In this document: piece by piece, positions 9,388 through 18,811 of the stretch
Layout of the letters: every line of letters begins with the position of its first letter
How positions within the stretch are numbered: the stretch's first letter is position 1
Assembly: GCA_965116925.1 (NCBI GenBank)
Contig: OZ220744.1
Coordinates: 3,168,001 to 3,232,000 of the forward strand
Direction of reading: 5' to 3'
DNA length: 64,000 nt
Source: Candidatus Poribacteria bacterium
Lineage (GTDB): Bacteria > Poribacteria > WGA-4E > PCPOR2b
The notes under the pieces: generated by a model
What the model saw: only the letters and a program-made list of their open reading frames with translations
Told to the model about the DNA's origin: nothing
The model's database searches: none
Made by a program: the position numbers and the translations under genes

Positions 9388-9939
9388 TTGACCGGATCTC
9401 TAGTCAAGTTATTGAGTCTTACACTTTTGATTCCCATTTTATGCTTATCTTCACGGGTTCAAATCAGTGCCGCGCAGCCAAACGAAGACCTGCGCCTTGT
9501 GTCACCAATAGGGGCTATAGGGCGTTCTGCCGTTCTGCCCGGCTGGGGCCAGTTTTACGCACATAAGCGTATTTTGGGTGCCACATCTTTTGTGGGAACA
9601 AGTGGACTCCTTATTGGTGCGTTAATTACCCACCAATCCTTCCGAAATGTTTACAACAATGAGTATGTTCCAGTTGCGTTAATTGATGAGAAGTCTCCAG
9701 AAGCACTTTTTCAATACAATCGAGCGAATCAACGCTATAAGTTACGACAGTTTTTCCTCTTCGCTGCAGCGGGGATATGGGCGTATAGCTTGATTGATGC
9801 CTATGTTGGAGCGAATTTGTACAATGCGGAGGCAAAAGCGAACCAACTCATTGATGATATGAAGCAGCTTGAAGAATTGGGCGTACAACTTGAAGTGACT
9901 CCAACACAACTTCAACTGGGTATTGTCAAATTCTTTTGA
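9388..9939 (+). CDS. DUF5683-like membrane protein
   Basis: SAVLPGWGQFY and WAYSLIDAY motifs; TTG start at 9388 chosen from RBS and promoter position. Confidence 0.65.
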   Translation: MTGSLVKLLSLTLLIPILCLSSRVQISAAQPNEDLRLVSPIGAIGRSAVLPGWGQFYAHKRILGATSFVGTSGLLIGALITHQSFRNVYNNEYVPVALIDEKSPEALFQYNRANQRYKLRQFFLFAAAGIWAYSLIDAYVGANLYNAEAKANQLIDDMKQLEELGVQLEVTPTQLQLGIVKFF

Positions 9940-9983
9940 AAGGTCGAGCGAACACATCTGGCCCTTATGGAGGAAGTCTAGCC

Positions 9984-10565
9984 ATGTTAAAAGTATTTGC
10001 TAAAATCATTGGGCTATTGCTCGTTTTTAGTTTGCTTACAAGTTGTGGAGATGTAAGTAGTGTTACCAAAGTTCAGTCAAAAGAGCTGGTCTTAATTAAC
10101 CAAGTTCTGAAAAACTGGCGCGAAGGCTATCAGAGTGAAGACCTTGATATGTATATGAGCGCGTTCTGGGAAGACGGATTCCTTTACGTCTCAGATATGG
10201 GCACCATGGATGATAAAACAGATGATGTCATATTTGATGACATCCGCGACGAAAGAGATTCCGCAAAGCGCGTGTTTGACAGGTTCCAAGATATTGAGAT
10301 TGAGTTGTCTGAACCACCTGAGATACAACTGAATACAGACCGGACACGAGCTGAAGTCAGAAATCATTATCGGATTCAAGGGTTTGTCGCTGATGGCGAC
10401 TCACTCGAAGGAGGATATACGGGATGGTTCGCTGAAGGGAATAATATTTTCACCTTTGAGTTAAGAAAAAGTCAGGGAGCCGATAATCAAGAGTGGCGCA
10501 TCACCGAATGGAAGGATGAGGCGTATAGCGAGGAACAGATTAGAGCCGCCAACAACCTCCAATAA
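9984..10565 (+). CDS. Acidic lipoprotein, probable NTF2/SnoaL-like fold
   Basis: GGAGG RBS; LTSC lipobox; helix..YMSAF..strands..WRI pattern. Confidence 0.7.
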   Translation: MLKVFAKIIGLLLVFSLLTSCGDVSSVTKVQSKELVLINQVLKNWREGYQSEDLDMYMSAFWEDGFLYVSDMGTMDDKTDDVIFDDIRDERDSAKRVFDRFQDIEIELSEPPEIQLNTDRTRAEVRNHYRIQGFVADGDSLEGGYTGWFAEGNNIFTFELRKSQGADNQEWRITEWKDEAYSEEQIRAANNLQ

Positions 10566-10730
10566 TTTTTCGATGTACCGCCTAAAAGTGTTCTAGCAAA
10601 GATTTTCCCCTCGACAAATTTTTGCTAGCGTTTTATGATGTCCACCTAGTTCTACCTACACGGTGTAGATTCTACCCCTCTTGTAAGGTTTATTAGGTGC
10701 GACTTTTTAACGAAAAACCGTTTAGGTCTA

Positions 10731-10763
10731 AATCCCAATGCTTTAGCTTTGGGAGTACGTCAA
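10731..10763 (+). mobile_element. Probable relic IS200/IS605-family terminal hairpin
   Basis: AATCCC-N4-CTTTAG-N4-GGGAGTACGTCAA; no tnpA/tnpB ORF nearby. Confidence 0.5.
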
Positions 10764-11098
10764 CTGCCTGAGTTTTTACTAATCCGAGACTCTGCAATTT
10801 ACGGCTACCAGAATTTATGTAGTTTCGACCTCAATGCTTATCCAACCGGTATTTAACCTACCCCTATTTTTTACCAACCTATTTCGATATTTCCGTCCGG
10901 TAATGTTGGTCGCAACCCTAGAGAACAGTCGGCCAACATTTTTGCTCAACATCTGGAAATGATTCAGCCTGATAACTGAATTCCAGCTGCGCTGCCTAAA
11001 AAATGTCCAAAAATAAGGAAGATTCGTTCCAATGTGAAGGGTTCAGTCCATTTTTGACCCATCTACTGATACATCATAATTAATTTAAGAAAAAACAC

Positions 11099-11127
11099 TT
11101 GACAGAAAATTGCAGAAGTGTTATCTT
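11099..11127 (+). promoter_or_regulatory. Sigma-70 promoter
   Basis: TTGACA-17 bp-TATCTT with TG extension. Confidence 0.55.
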
Positions 11128-11686
11128 AGGAATTACTTTTTTTCAAAGCAGAGTTTTATTGGCAAAAAAAGTATAAATTGAATAAAGATTAGACCTGAAT
11201 TTTCGTGCTTTTGTGGTGGCAGGAAGGATGCGAAACGGAAGTGGCTTCTAAGCCAAGTATGTGGATCATCCGGATCACTGAATGAGTAATAGCTCAACCT
11301 CAATCAGTATCTAACTTTGAATGTTAATTATTTATATGCCAACCGTTTTCAGATGCTTGTATCCCGATAGATCGGGCTGCAAGGCTTAACCTGATGCCGC
11401 TGGAGACCAACTCCAGCAGAGAAAATGTAAAAATTGCTTTTGCACCACATCTGGGTAACTAAATAGTTTTGTATTGCTAATAAGTCCGGCTAAAGGAGGT
11501 TGCGATATGTTCCACCACTGACGCAAGTTAAAATGGGAAAACGGGTGATAAACGGTCGCAAACTCCAAAACCGTGATTGATTCGATTTCCTTAATTTTAA
11601 CTTGGTGTTTGGATGAACGTGATTACGGAGGTTTATATCCTCACTTTTACGTCAAATGTAATTTATGATTTCCTCAAAGGAGGCAA

Positions 11687-14600
11687 ATGAAAGTAATGAA
11701 GTTTTTCAAACGATCACCTGATGTTCTTTTGATAATAGCAGGGCTAATCGGTTGTTTCGTACTCTATGGGTGCGGTGCAGCTAGCCTGGGCCCACAGGAA
11801 CCGCTTTTACCAACGGTCGAAGGACAGGCAAACTTTTCTGACCGCTTCCAATTGGAAGAAGAACCCCAGTTCTTCTATGACCTGTTTGGTAGAGAACTCC
11901 TCGAAGGTAACGAGGTTTATAATTACCGTGAGGAGAAACAATTTGATCAAAACGGAGAACTAATTGTAGGTTGGACCGGTCAGCTCGATAGCGAACGATT
12001 TTCCGCCCAGTTGGACCGCCAGGTTTTAACCGAAGATAATTTCCGTGGAAGATTTACGCAATTCGTCATTGGCGACAATATGCGTATTAAGCCTCAAACC
12101 CTATTCCCGAACCGGTATGTCATCTACAAAACGGAATTTGATGGTTTCCGATGGGATATCTCGTTCTCTCAAGAACGTCACCTTTTCACATTGTTGAATT
12201 CTCGTATCTCTAACCCGGTGAAGCTGTCTGACGCAGCGGCGAACCTCGCACCAACACTGGGACGGCGTAATGGCCTGAGCGATGATGTCGGTCTCCGCCA
12301 TATTGAGAACGCGCGTTTAATCGGGTTTCGTGCACAAGGGTTGCTAGGTGATGTATTCCGGGTAGGACTCACCTATGTCAATCTCCACAAAGAACACCCA
12401 GAACGGGTTGAGAATCCGCTGTTTGGTGGAACGGTTGCCAATACACCGCCAGAGCGTCTCATCGTTGTCTTCCGAGATGATTCTCCAGAAGATAACCATT
12501 ATGGCGCATTGGCACATGACCTCGAAAGACCAGAGCATGTTAGCAGGATTCAGGGTGGAGTCGGTGCTGCCGTTAAGGGGATGAAGGTACACGTTATCAC
12601 GCAAGCACTGTCCGGCTCCCCCGAAGACGGTCCAGACCGTCCGTTGGGGCCCGAGAGAAGCCAGACGATCACCGTTTTTATTGATGACATCGTTGCTGTA
12701 GAGGGCAGTGCTGATCCGATTGAATCCTCTGATGGACAATGGAAAATTGCCGAAGGATTCAATAAGATGCAGTACACCTTAGACCTTACTTCTGAAGAAC
12801 TTCCCAACGGTCCCATCGATCCGCGTACAGTCAAGTCCATTGAATTTGAAATGACGGTCGCTGGAGATTATAATATCGTTGTCATCGGATTTAGTGAGGC
12901 AAACAGATCAGACGATCCACTCGCGGCAGAATGGATTAAGACCGAAGATGGTCATATCGAATCGCCGTATCGTGATGTGCTGCAAGCCCCCGGCAATTAT
13001 GGCAGATCAGATCATTATACGACAAACAGGCGTAACCTGCTACATAACCCAAGCGACTGGGAAAATGAAGGTGCAGCGCGTACGATTCGGTATCGCTACG
13101 GTGCAGCACGTGCTGGTGTCCTGTACGGTATCGACTTAGAGGGAACTCTCTTTAATACCTTTATCCGTGCGCACTATTCAATCAACGGAAAATTTAAGCA
13201 GTATCCAACCATTCCGAGAGACCAGATCGGGTTCAGTCGCCTGAATCCTGAAATTGAAGGCTCTAACGTCACTATAGACGAAACAGAGACGACGGAGGAT
13301 GGATTGCCTAACCCAACCTTCGGAGTGCCTCTTGATGCTAACGGCATCCCCACATACTCTGAAGCGGAAGGTGAAAGATTTGAAGCGAAGTTGAATGGTG
13401 ATCCGAATGATGACGGAGAGATGGGGCGTGAAACTGCTTGGTTTATCAACCTTAAGCAGCGTTACGGCAAACTCTTCCTTGAGCTAACGCGTTATCATAT
13501 TGATCCAGGATACACAACAACCTACTATAATTTCGGTGCGAACGATGCAAGAGATGCGACCTACTCTCTTGACCGAACACCCGAATCTGGTGCAGAAGTC
13601 CTTCCCTTCGATGAGATTAACTATGCACTAATTGAAGACGATGATGACGACGACGACTGGCCAGATAGCATCGACTTTGACGGTGTTCTACCGCAAGCCG
13701 ATGACCGTGACCAGAACGGCATCCTCGATTTCCAGGAAGACTTCCTCATCTTTGAGGCAGATCCCCCGGTCTTTGAAGATCTCGTTGATGAGAATAACAA
13801 TGGCGTTGTTGATTCGTTGGAAGATGATTTTGAGCCGCAGTATGAATACGGTATTAACCGTGATGGCTATCATATCAGTGCCAGTTACGACCTGCTCGAT
13901 AACATGACCCTCAAATTGGGTTGGTTAAATGAGAGCGAAGTTTCCAGCCAGCGGAAAAACGATTCAAAATACGCCCATCTGCGCTACCAACGTGACGTTC
14001 CAGATTTTGGAACAATCCTGTTCCAGAACCGCTTTGTCCGCGTTGATGATGATATTCCAGATTACTCGATTACCTTGCGTCCGGGCGAGTTAGATGCCAC
14101 ACAGGAATCTGATTTTCTCGATTTCTTTAAAACACGGGTCAATGTGACAAGCCTTCAGTTCCTCTACAGTGCGATTCCCAATTTAACGCTTGAAACTAAA
14201 TTCTTGGTTGACTGGCGGAAGCAGTTAGCACTTGATGAAGAAGATGCCGTTGCATTGGATTTTATCCAAGACGATATAGCGGAAGAAAAGGATGATCACG
14301 TTGATTTCATGGTGCTGGATGAGCAGGTCCGCGCGGATGGAGACCGGAAGTCATTCCCGTTCTATCCAGACCACGGGCTGAACCCGCTCAATCCAGAGGA
14401 TCTTGGGTTGATCTACGATCCAGAAAACTGGATACCACGCCGATTCCAAGAAAAAACCGTTCGGAATCAGATCACCATTATCAGAGCCAAATATGAAATC
14501 CCATTGGGCGATTTGCCAGGGGTGGACAGAATTGGTGAGGATTTAACCCTGACACCGATGGCAAAGTATATTTGGACGCGAGCGTTTGATCATACGCAGG

Positions 14601-15022
14601 CTGACGTTCAAAGCGGTGTGTATATCAACCCGCTGGATCCAACAAGATTTGTGCCAGATGATCCCGAGGTCATTGAGTATCTGCGATTTAACAAACGTAG
14701 CCGTGAAGATGTTCTCGGTGTGCGTTTGGATTATCAGTTTACTCAAAGAATGAATATCCTCGGCGGTTTTCAGTATCGCAAATTCACCAACCGCGATCAA
14801 GGGATCAAAGACTATTTAGCGACGCCAGCGTTTGCGGAGGCTGATATTCCGATTCTCTTCCGACCGGACATCCGTACACGTATCTTTGAAGTTCAGTCAA
14901 TCAGTCGAGGTGAGTGGCAAGGTTTCAACATCGTCATTCTCGCCGGTTTCAGAAGGACCACCATCCTGCTCGACCATACGACGAGTAATACAACCTTCGT
15001 ACGAGCGATGATGGGATTCTAA
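11687..15022 (+). CDS. Large acidic lipoprotein, putative outer-membrane beta-barrel with Ca-binding-like Asp motifs
   Basis: AGGAGG RBS; LYGC lipobox; alternating beta-strand segments; terminal Phe; DRDQNGILD and DENNNGVVD motifs. Confidence 0.7.
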   Translation: MKVMKFFKRSPDVLLIIAGLIGCFVLYGCGAASLGPQEPLLPTVEGQANFSDRFQLEEEPQFFYDLFGRELLEGNEVYNYREEKQFDQNGELIVGWTGQLDSERFSAQLDRQVLTEDNFRGRFTQFVIGDNMRIKPQTLFPNRYVIYKTEFDGFRWDISFSQERHLFTLLNSRISNPVKLSDAAANLAPTLGRRNGLSDDVGLRHIENARLIGFRAQGLLGDVFRVGLTYVNLHKEHPERVENPLFGGTVANTPPERLIVVFRDDSPEDNHYGALAHDLERPEHVSRIQGGVGAAVKGMKVHVITQALSGSPEDGPDRPLGPERSQTITVFIDDIVAVEGSADPIESSDGQWKIAEGFNKMQYTLDLTSEELPNGPIDPRTVKSIEFEMTVAGDYNIVVIGFSEANRSDDPLAAEWIKTEDGHIESPYRDVLQAPGNYGRSDHYTTNRRNLLHNPSDWENEGAARTIRYRYGAARAGVLYGIDLEGTLFNTFIRAHYSINGKFKQYPTIPRDQIGFSRLNPEIEGSNVTIDETETTEDGLPNPTFGVPLDANGIPTYSEAEGERFEAKLNGDPNDDGEMGRETAWFINLKQRYGKLFLELTRYHIDPGYTTTYYNFGANDARDATYSLDRTPESGAEVLPFDEINYALIEDDDDDDDWPDSIDFDGVLPQADDRDQNGILDFQEDFLIFEADPPVFEDLVDENNNGVVDSLEDDFEPQYEYGINRDGYHISASYDLLDNMTLKLGWLNESEVSSQRKNDSKYAHLRYQRDVPDFGTILFQNRFVRVDDDIPDYSITLRPGELDATQESDFLDFFKTRVNVTSLQFLYSAIPNLTLETKFLVDWRKQLALDEEDAVALDFIQDDIAEEKDDHVDFMVLDEQVRADGDRKSFPFYPDHGLNPLNPEDLGLIYDPENWIPRRFQEKTVRNQITIIRAKYEIPLGDLPGVDRIGEDLTLTPMAKYIWTRAFDHTQADVQSGVYINPLDPTRFVPDDPEVIEYLRFNKRSREDVLGVRLDYQFTQRMNILGGFQYRKFTNRDQGIKDYLATPAFAEADIPILFRPDIRTRIFEVQSISRGEWQGFNIVILAGFRRTTILLDHTTSNTTFVRAMMGF

Positions 15023-15031
15023 CAATCTCCG

Positions 15032-15065
15032 AAAGTGCCAAGCATTTTTGTGCTTGGCACTTTTT
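15032..15065 (+). terminator. Rho-independent terminator
   Basis: AAAGTGCCAAGCA/TGCTTGGCACTTT stem plus T-run just after the stop. Confidence 0.8.
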
Positions 15066-15229
15066 CAATCTTACCGCAACTTTCAAAAAACAGAAGTGTT
15101 TATATAGCCAAGACTTCGTATTGTATAAAAACTTAGTCGTCCGATATGAGGTGATTGAGACGACTTGAAATTGAGGGTAATATGCCCTCTAAATTTTACT
15201 CCACCTTCAAACTCCAATAGGGGGAATAC

Positions 15230-16222
15230 ATGAAACACCTGAGTTTAACCTTAATGCTAGCTAGCATGTTGATTATGTGCAGTGCGGTCGCGCTCGCTCA
15301 AGATGCGACAACCGGCACAGTCCGTGGTAACGTTGTGGATACCACAACGGCACAAACGCCGATTAGTGGCGTTAGAGTTGTTGTTGTTGGCACCGATGGC
15401 ACGGAACATGAAACCACAACCGATGATGTCGGTGAATATAGCAAATCAGGCTTACCGCCGGGACGTTATCTGCTTAGTATTTACAAAGATGGATATGGCG
15501 ACCGAACCGGTAAACCGGTCACCGTCGTTGCTGGAGGCGACCACTATGTGCCGCTGAAAATGACCAAAAAGGATACAATTGTCACTTTCTTCGCTAAATT
15601 TGGTATTGTCTTCTGGCCACTTCTGCTCTGTTCTGTCGCTGCGTTGACATTTATTATTGAACGTCTCTTTACTTTCCTAAGAAGCCGTTCCAAGCTCGGT
15701 ACAGAGGTGTTCATGGCAAGCATTACCGATTCTTTGCGTAATGACAATATCATGGAAGCGGTTTCAACCTGTGAAGAGGCAGGTGGTCCACTTGCAAACG
15801 TTCTGAAAGCAGGGCTGTTAAGATACAGTCAAGCCCAAATCGAAGAGCAGGAGATTACAAAAGAAGAGGTACAGGAATCCATTCAAGAAGCAGGACTCCT
15901 TGAAATTCCAGAACTTGAGCGGAACATTCCTGTTATTAGTACAGTCGCAGTTATCTCACCGTTGTTCGGTCTGCTCGGGACGGTTATGGGTATGATTAAC
16001 GCATTTACCACGATTGCATTGGAAGGTACTGGTGACCCGCAGGCACTCGCCGGTGGTATCTCCCAGGCGTTGCTGACCACCGCTGGTGGTTTAACCATTG
16101 CTATTCCGTGTCTTATTTTCTCCCAGGTCTTTGAGAGTTGGGTCAATAAATTCGTGCTTGAGATTGAGCAGGTTTCGACAGAAATCGTGAACCAACTGAT
16201 TCTTGGTCAATCTGGTGCGTAA
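15230..16222 (+). CDS. exbB: MotA/TolQ/ExbB proton-channel protein with N-terminal carboxypeptidase-regulatory-like domain
   Basis: Signal peptide; TGTVRGNVVD..GLPPGRY domain; PLFGLLGTVMGMI and GISQALLTTAGGL. Confidence 0.85.
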   Translation: MKHLSLTLMLASMLIMCSAVALAQDATTGTVRGNVVDTTTAQTPISGVRVVVVGTDGTEHETTTDDVGEYSKSGLPPGRYLLSIYKDGYGDRTGKPVTVVAGGDHYVPLKMTKKDTIVTFFAKFGIVFWPLLLCSVAALTFIIERLFTFLRSRSKLGTEVFMASITDSLRNDNIMEAVSTCEEAGGPLANVLKAGLLRYSQAQIEEQEITKEEVQESIQEAGLLEIPELERNIPVISTVAVISPLFGLLGTVMGMINAFTTIALEGTGDPQALAGGISQALLTTAGGLTIAIPCLIFSQVFESWVNKFVLEIEQVSTEIVNQLILGQSGA

Positions 16223-16306
16223 ATTTCAATGTTCTCCTGTCACCCTATGCACAACCCCTTTAGGGTGGCAGGAAGACTTACCTTTTAGATCAGGAGGTAA
16301 TCGAAA

Positions 16307-16753
16307 ATGGCAAGTACGCAAGCACCTAGCGGTATGACCAAAATGGCGGCTAGGGAACGGAAATCGGCTAAGCTCGATATGGCGCCGATGATTGACTGTG
16401 TGTTCCTGCTTCTGATTTTCTTTATGGTTTCGACCAGCTTTGCACCGATGCCCGGCATTCGCGTTCAATTACCGCCTCCGGGTAAACCGAATCCCAATAA
16501 ACCCAAGGGGCTCATTGTAAGGATTGCGAACCCGGAAGGTGCTCAGAAGTATGGCACAATGATCTTGAATGACGAGATTGTTAACATCAATCAGATGTTT
16601 ACCGAGTTTATTCATGCTCCCGAAGAAATTAAGAATATGCTAATTATTCAGTCGGAACGGGATGTCATACATGAGCAGATTATTAACGTGATGGATATTG
16701 CCAAGCAAGCAGGTATAGACAAAATCGGCTTCGCAGTGGTGGCAAGGGAATAA
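16307..16753 (+). CDS. exbD: ExbD/TolR family protein
   Basis: PMIDCVFLLLIFFMV with conserved Asp. Confidence 0.9.
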   Translation: MASTQAPSGMTKMAARERKSAKLDMAPMIDCVFLLLIFFMVSTSFAPMPGIRVQLPPPGKPNPNKPKGLIVRIANPEGAQKYGTMILNDEIVNINQMFTEFIHAPEEIKNMLIIQSERDVIHEQIINVMDIAKQAGIDKIGFAVVARE

Positions 16754-16767
16754 CAAAGGAGGATACT

Positions 16768-17199
16768 ATGGCTATTCAAATGAGAACAGGAAAGTCTAAG
16801 GAACGCGGTCAAGCCTTGATGATGGAACCAATGATTGATTGCGTGTTCCTACTGCTGATCTTCTTTATGGTTTCAGCAATTATGCGTGTGCCTCCGCCTT
16901 TTACTGTAACGCTACCGGAGTCAGCGACGAAGCACGACTTTCCGCGTAAGAAATTCAATCTCTTTATCAGTGCAGATGGCAGGATCTCATTTGATGATCT
17001 GGAAATGCTTACGCTAGATCATATGGAAATGTATCTGTCATCAAAAGAGTCTCAAATTACTACACTCATCATCAAAGCCGACAGACTTGCCAAACATGGC
17101 AGAGTTATTGATGTCATGGAGCGTGCGAAACGTCGATTTAGTAAAACCGAGGGGCAAGAAATTGCTTTGATGGTCGCAGAGGAAAATTACGGGAATTAA
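16768..17199 (+). CDS. exbD: Second ExbD/TolR family protein
   Basis: PMIDCVFLLLIFFMV; IIKAD..HGRVIDVM. Confidence 0.9.
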   Translation: MAIQMRTGKSKERGQALMMEPMIDCVFLLLIFFMVSAIMRVPPPFTVTLPESATKHDFPRKKFNLFISADGRISFDDLEMLTLDHMEMYLSSKESQITTLIIKADRLAKHGRVIDVMERAKRRFSKTEGQEIALMVAEENYGN

Positions 17200-17213
17200 C
17201 TGCACATTAACCT

Positions 17214-17297
17214 AAAGGCAGTTTGCTGCCTTTTCTACAATTGATTTAGAAGTTTCGATACATTCTTAAAGGCAGCCAATGTGCTGCCTTTTTTTTT
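17214..17297 (+). terminator. Tandem Rho-independent terminators
   Basis: AAAGGCAG..CTGCCTTTT twice (17214-17234, 17268-17297). Confidence 0.7.
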
Positions 17298-17386
17298 ACA
17301 TTGAAGGCGGATGGGTTATATTACTGATCCAATCGCCACGCAACTCCGATGAAAATACTATTTTCCCGGCACCGTATGACATTCAA

Positions 17387-18733
17387 ATGAACGAGCAAGA
17401 AAAAATCCTTATCGTCGATGATGAACCCGACACCATCCTAATCTTACAGGATCGGCTCGAAATGGAGGGTTATGAGGTTGTAACTGCTACCGATGGGTGT
17501 GATGCCATTGAGTTAATCGATCAAGATCTGCCGGATCTAGTACTCTTAGATATCCAAATGCCTCGCCTGGATGGAATCGAAACGCTTACACACCTCCACG
17601 AAAAGTACCCCGGTATACTTGTGCTCATGTTGACGGCACACGGCACAATCCAACGGGCTGTCGAAGCGACAAAGCAAGGCGCATACGATTTCTTGGAAAA
17701 ACCCTTTCAACCAGAACATATTACACAAAAGGTGGATCAGGCATTAGAGCACCAACGCACCATCGAGCAAAGCACTAGGGCGGAACTCATCCACAACTAC
17801 GAGGAAATTGTGGGGGAAAGTCCGCCCATCCTCGAAGTCTTAAAGCTCGTCGAAAAGGTTGCGGATACGGACTCAACGGTGTTGATCCAAGGGGAGAGCG
17901 GTACAGGAAAGGAGTTAGTTGCCCGTGCACTACACCAAAATAGTTCGCGCAGAGAAAAAGAGATGGTAGTCGTCAATTGCGCCGCCATTCCAGATCATCT
18001 GCTAGAGAGCGAACTATTCGGGCATGAACGGGGTGCGTTTACTGGCGCAACTTACCAAAAGATTGGGAAATTTGAACGCGCTCACGGCAGTACGCTATTT
18101 TTGGATGAGATTGCAGATATGTCGATCGAATTGCAATCCAAACTGTTGCGTACCCTACAAGAAGGAGAAATTGAACGGTTGGGCGGAACAAAAGTAATCC
18201 GTATTGATGTACGAATCACCGCGGCGACCAATCAAGACCTGCGACAGGCAATCGAAGCCGGAACATTTCGTCAGGACCTCTACTACCGCTTGAATATGAT
18301 CCCAATCCACCTGCCACCATTACGAGCCCGTCAGGAGGACATCTTGATATTGGCGGAGTACTTCCTACAAAAACACAGTAAAGCCCACAATCAACCTGTA
18401 CGGTTAATCAGTCAAAAGGCAAGAGAACTGTTCATGCAATACGATTGGCCCGGCAACGTGCGAGAATTGGAATACTCCATTCTACGAGCGGTCCTCTTCG
18501 CAGAAGGAGATGTAATTCTTCCAAAACACCTCCCGGAAGAGATTCAATTCACCAGCCAACGTGAAGCCGAAAACGTCCCCGTCGGTTTGACAATGAAGGA
18601 GATGGAAAAGGAATTAATCCTCAAAACCCTCCAAAGAATGGAGGGCAATCGCACCCGCACAGCAGAGATTTTAGGAATTAGCCTGCGTTCCTTACAGTAT
18701 AAACTGAAGGATTACGAAACAGTTGCTACATAA
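17387..18733 (+). CDS. Sigma-54-dependent response regulator (NtrC/AtoC family)
   Basis: Receiver ILIVDD..LLD; GESGTGKE; GAFTGA; C-terminal Fis HTH; start moved to 17387, downstream of the terminators. Confidence 0.93.
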   Translation: MNEQEKILIVDDEPDTILILQDRLEMEGYEVVTATDGCDAIELIDQDLPDLVLLDIQMPRLDGIETLTHLHEKYPGILVLMLTAHGTIQRAVEATKQGAYDFLEKPFQPEHITQKVDQALEHQRTIEQSTRAELIHNYEEIVGESPPILEVLKLVEKVADTDSTVLIQGESGTGKELVARALHQNSSRREKEMVVVNCAAIPDHLLESELFGHERGAFTGATYQKIGKFERAHGSTLFLDEIADMSIELQSKLLRTLQEGEIERLGGTKVIRIDVRITAATNQDLRQAIEAGTFRQDLYYRLNMIPIHLPPLRARQEDILILAEYFLQKHSKAHNQPVRLISQKARELFMQYDWPGNVRELEYSILRAVLFAEGDVILPKHLPEEIQFTSQREAENVPVGLTMKEMEKELILKTLQRMEGNRTRTAEILGISLRSLQYKLKDYETVAT

Positions 18734-18811
18734 CCCGTAGGTCAATTTTCCAAAATCGACAGTTTTGTTCGACCTACTATCAAAAGGTCGAAATGCTTCT
18801 GCTGTGAAGTA

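Noticed and set aside
11134..11686. Named riboswitch (cobalamin, c-di-GMP) or tRNA
   Set aside because: I could not match the consensus motifs by eye; needs an Rfam scan
17279..17386. Longest-ORF N-terminal extensions (also at 7328, 9352, 9936, 52489)
   Set aside because: They overlap terminators or promoters, or a better RBS or domain start lies downstream
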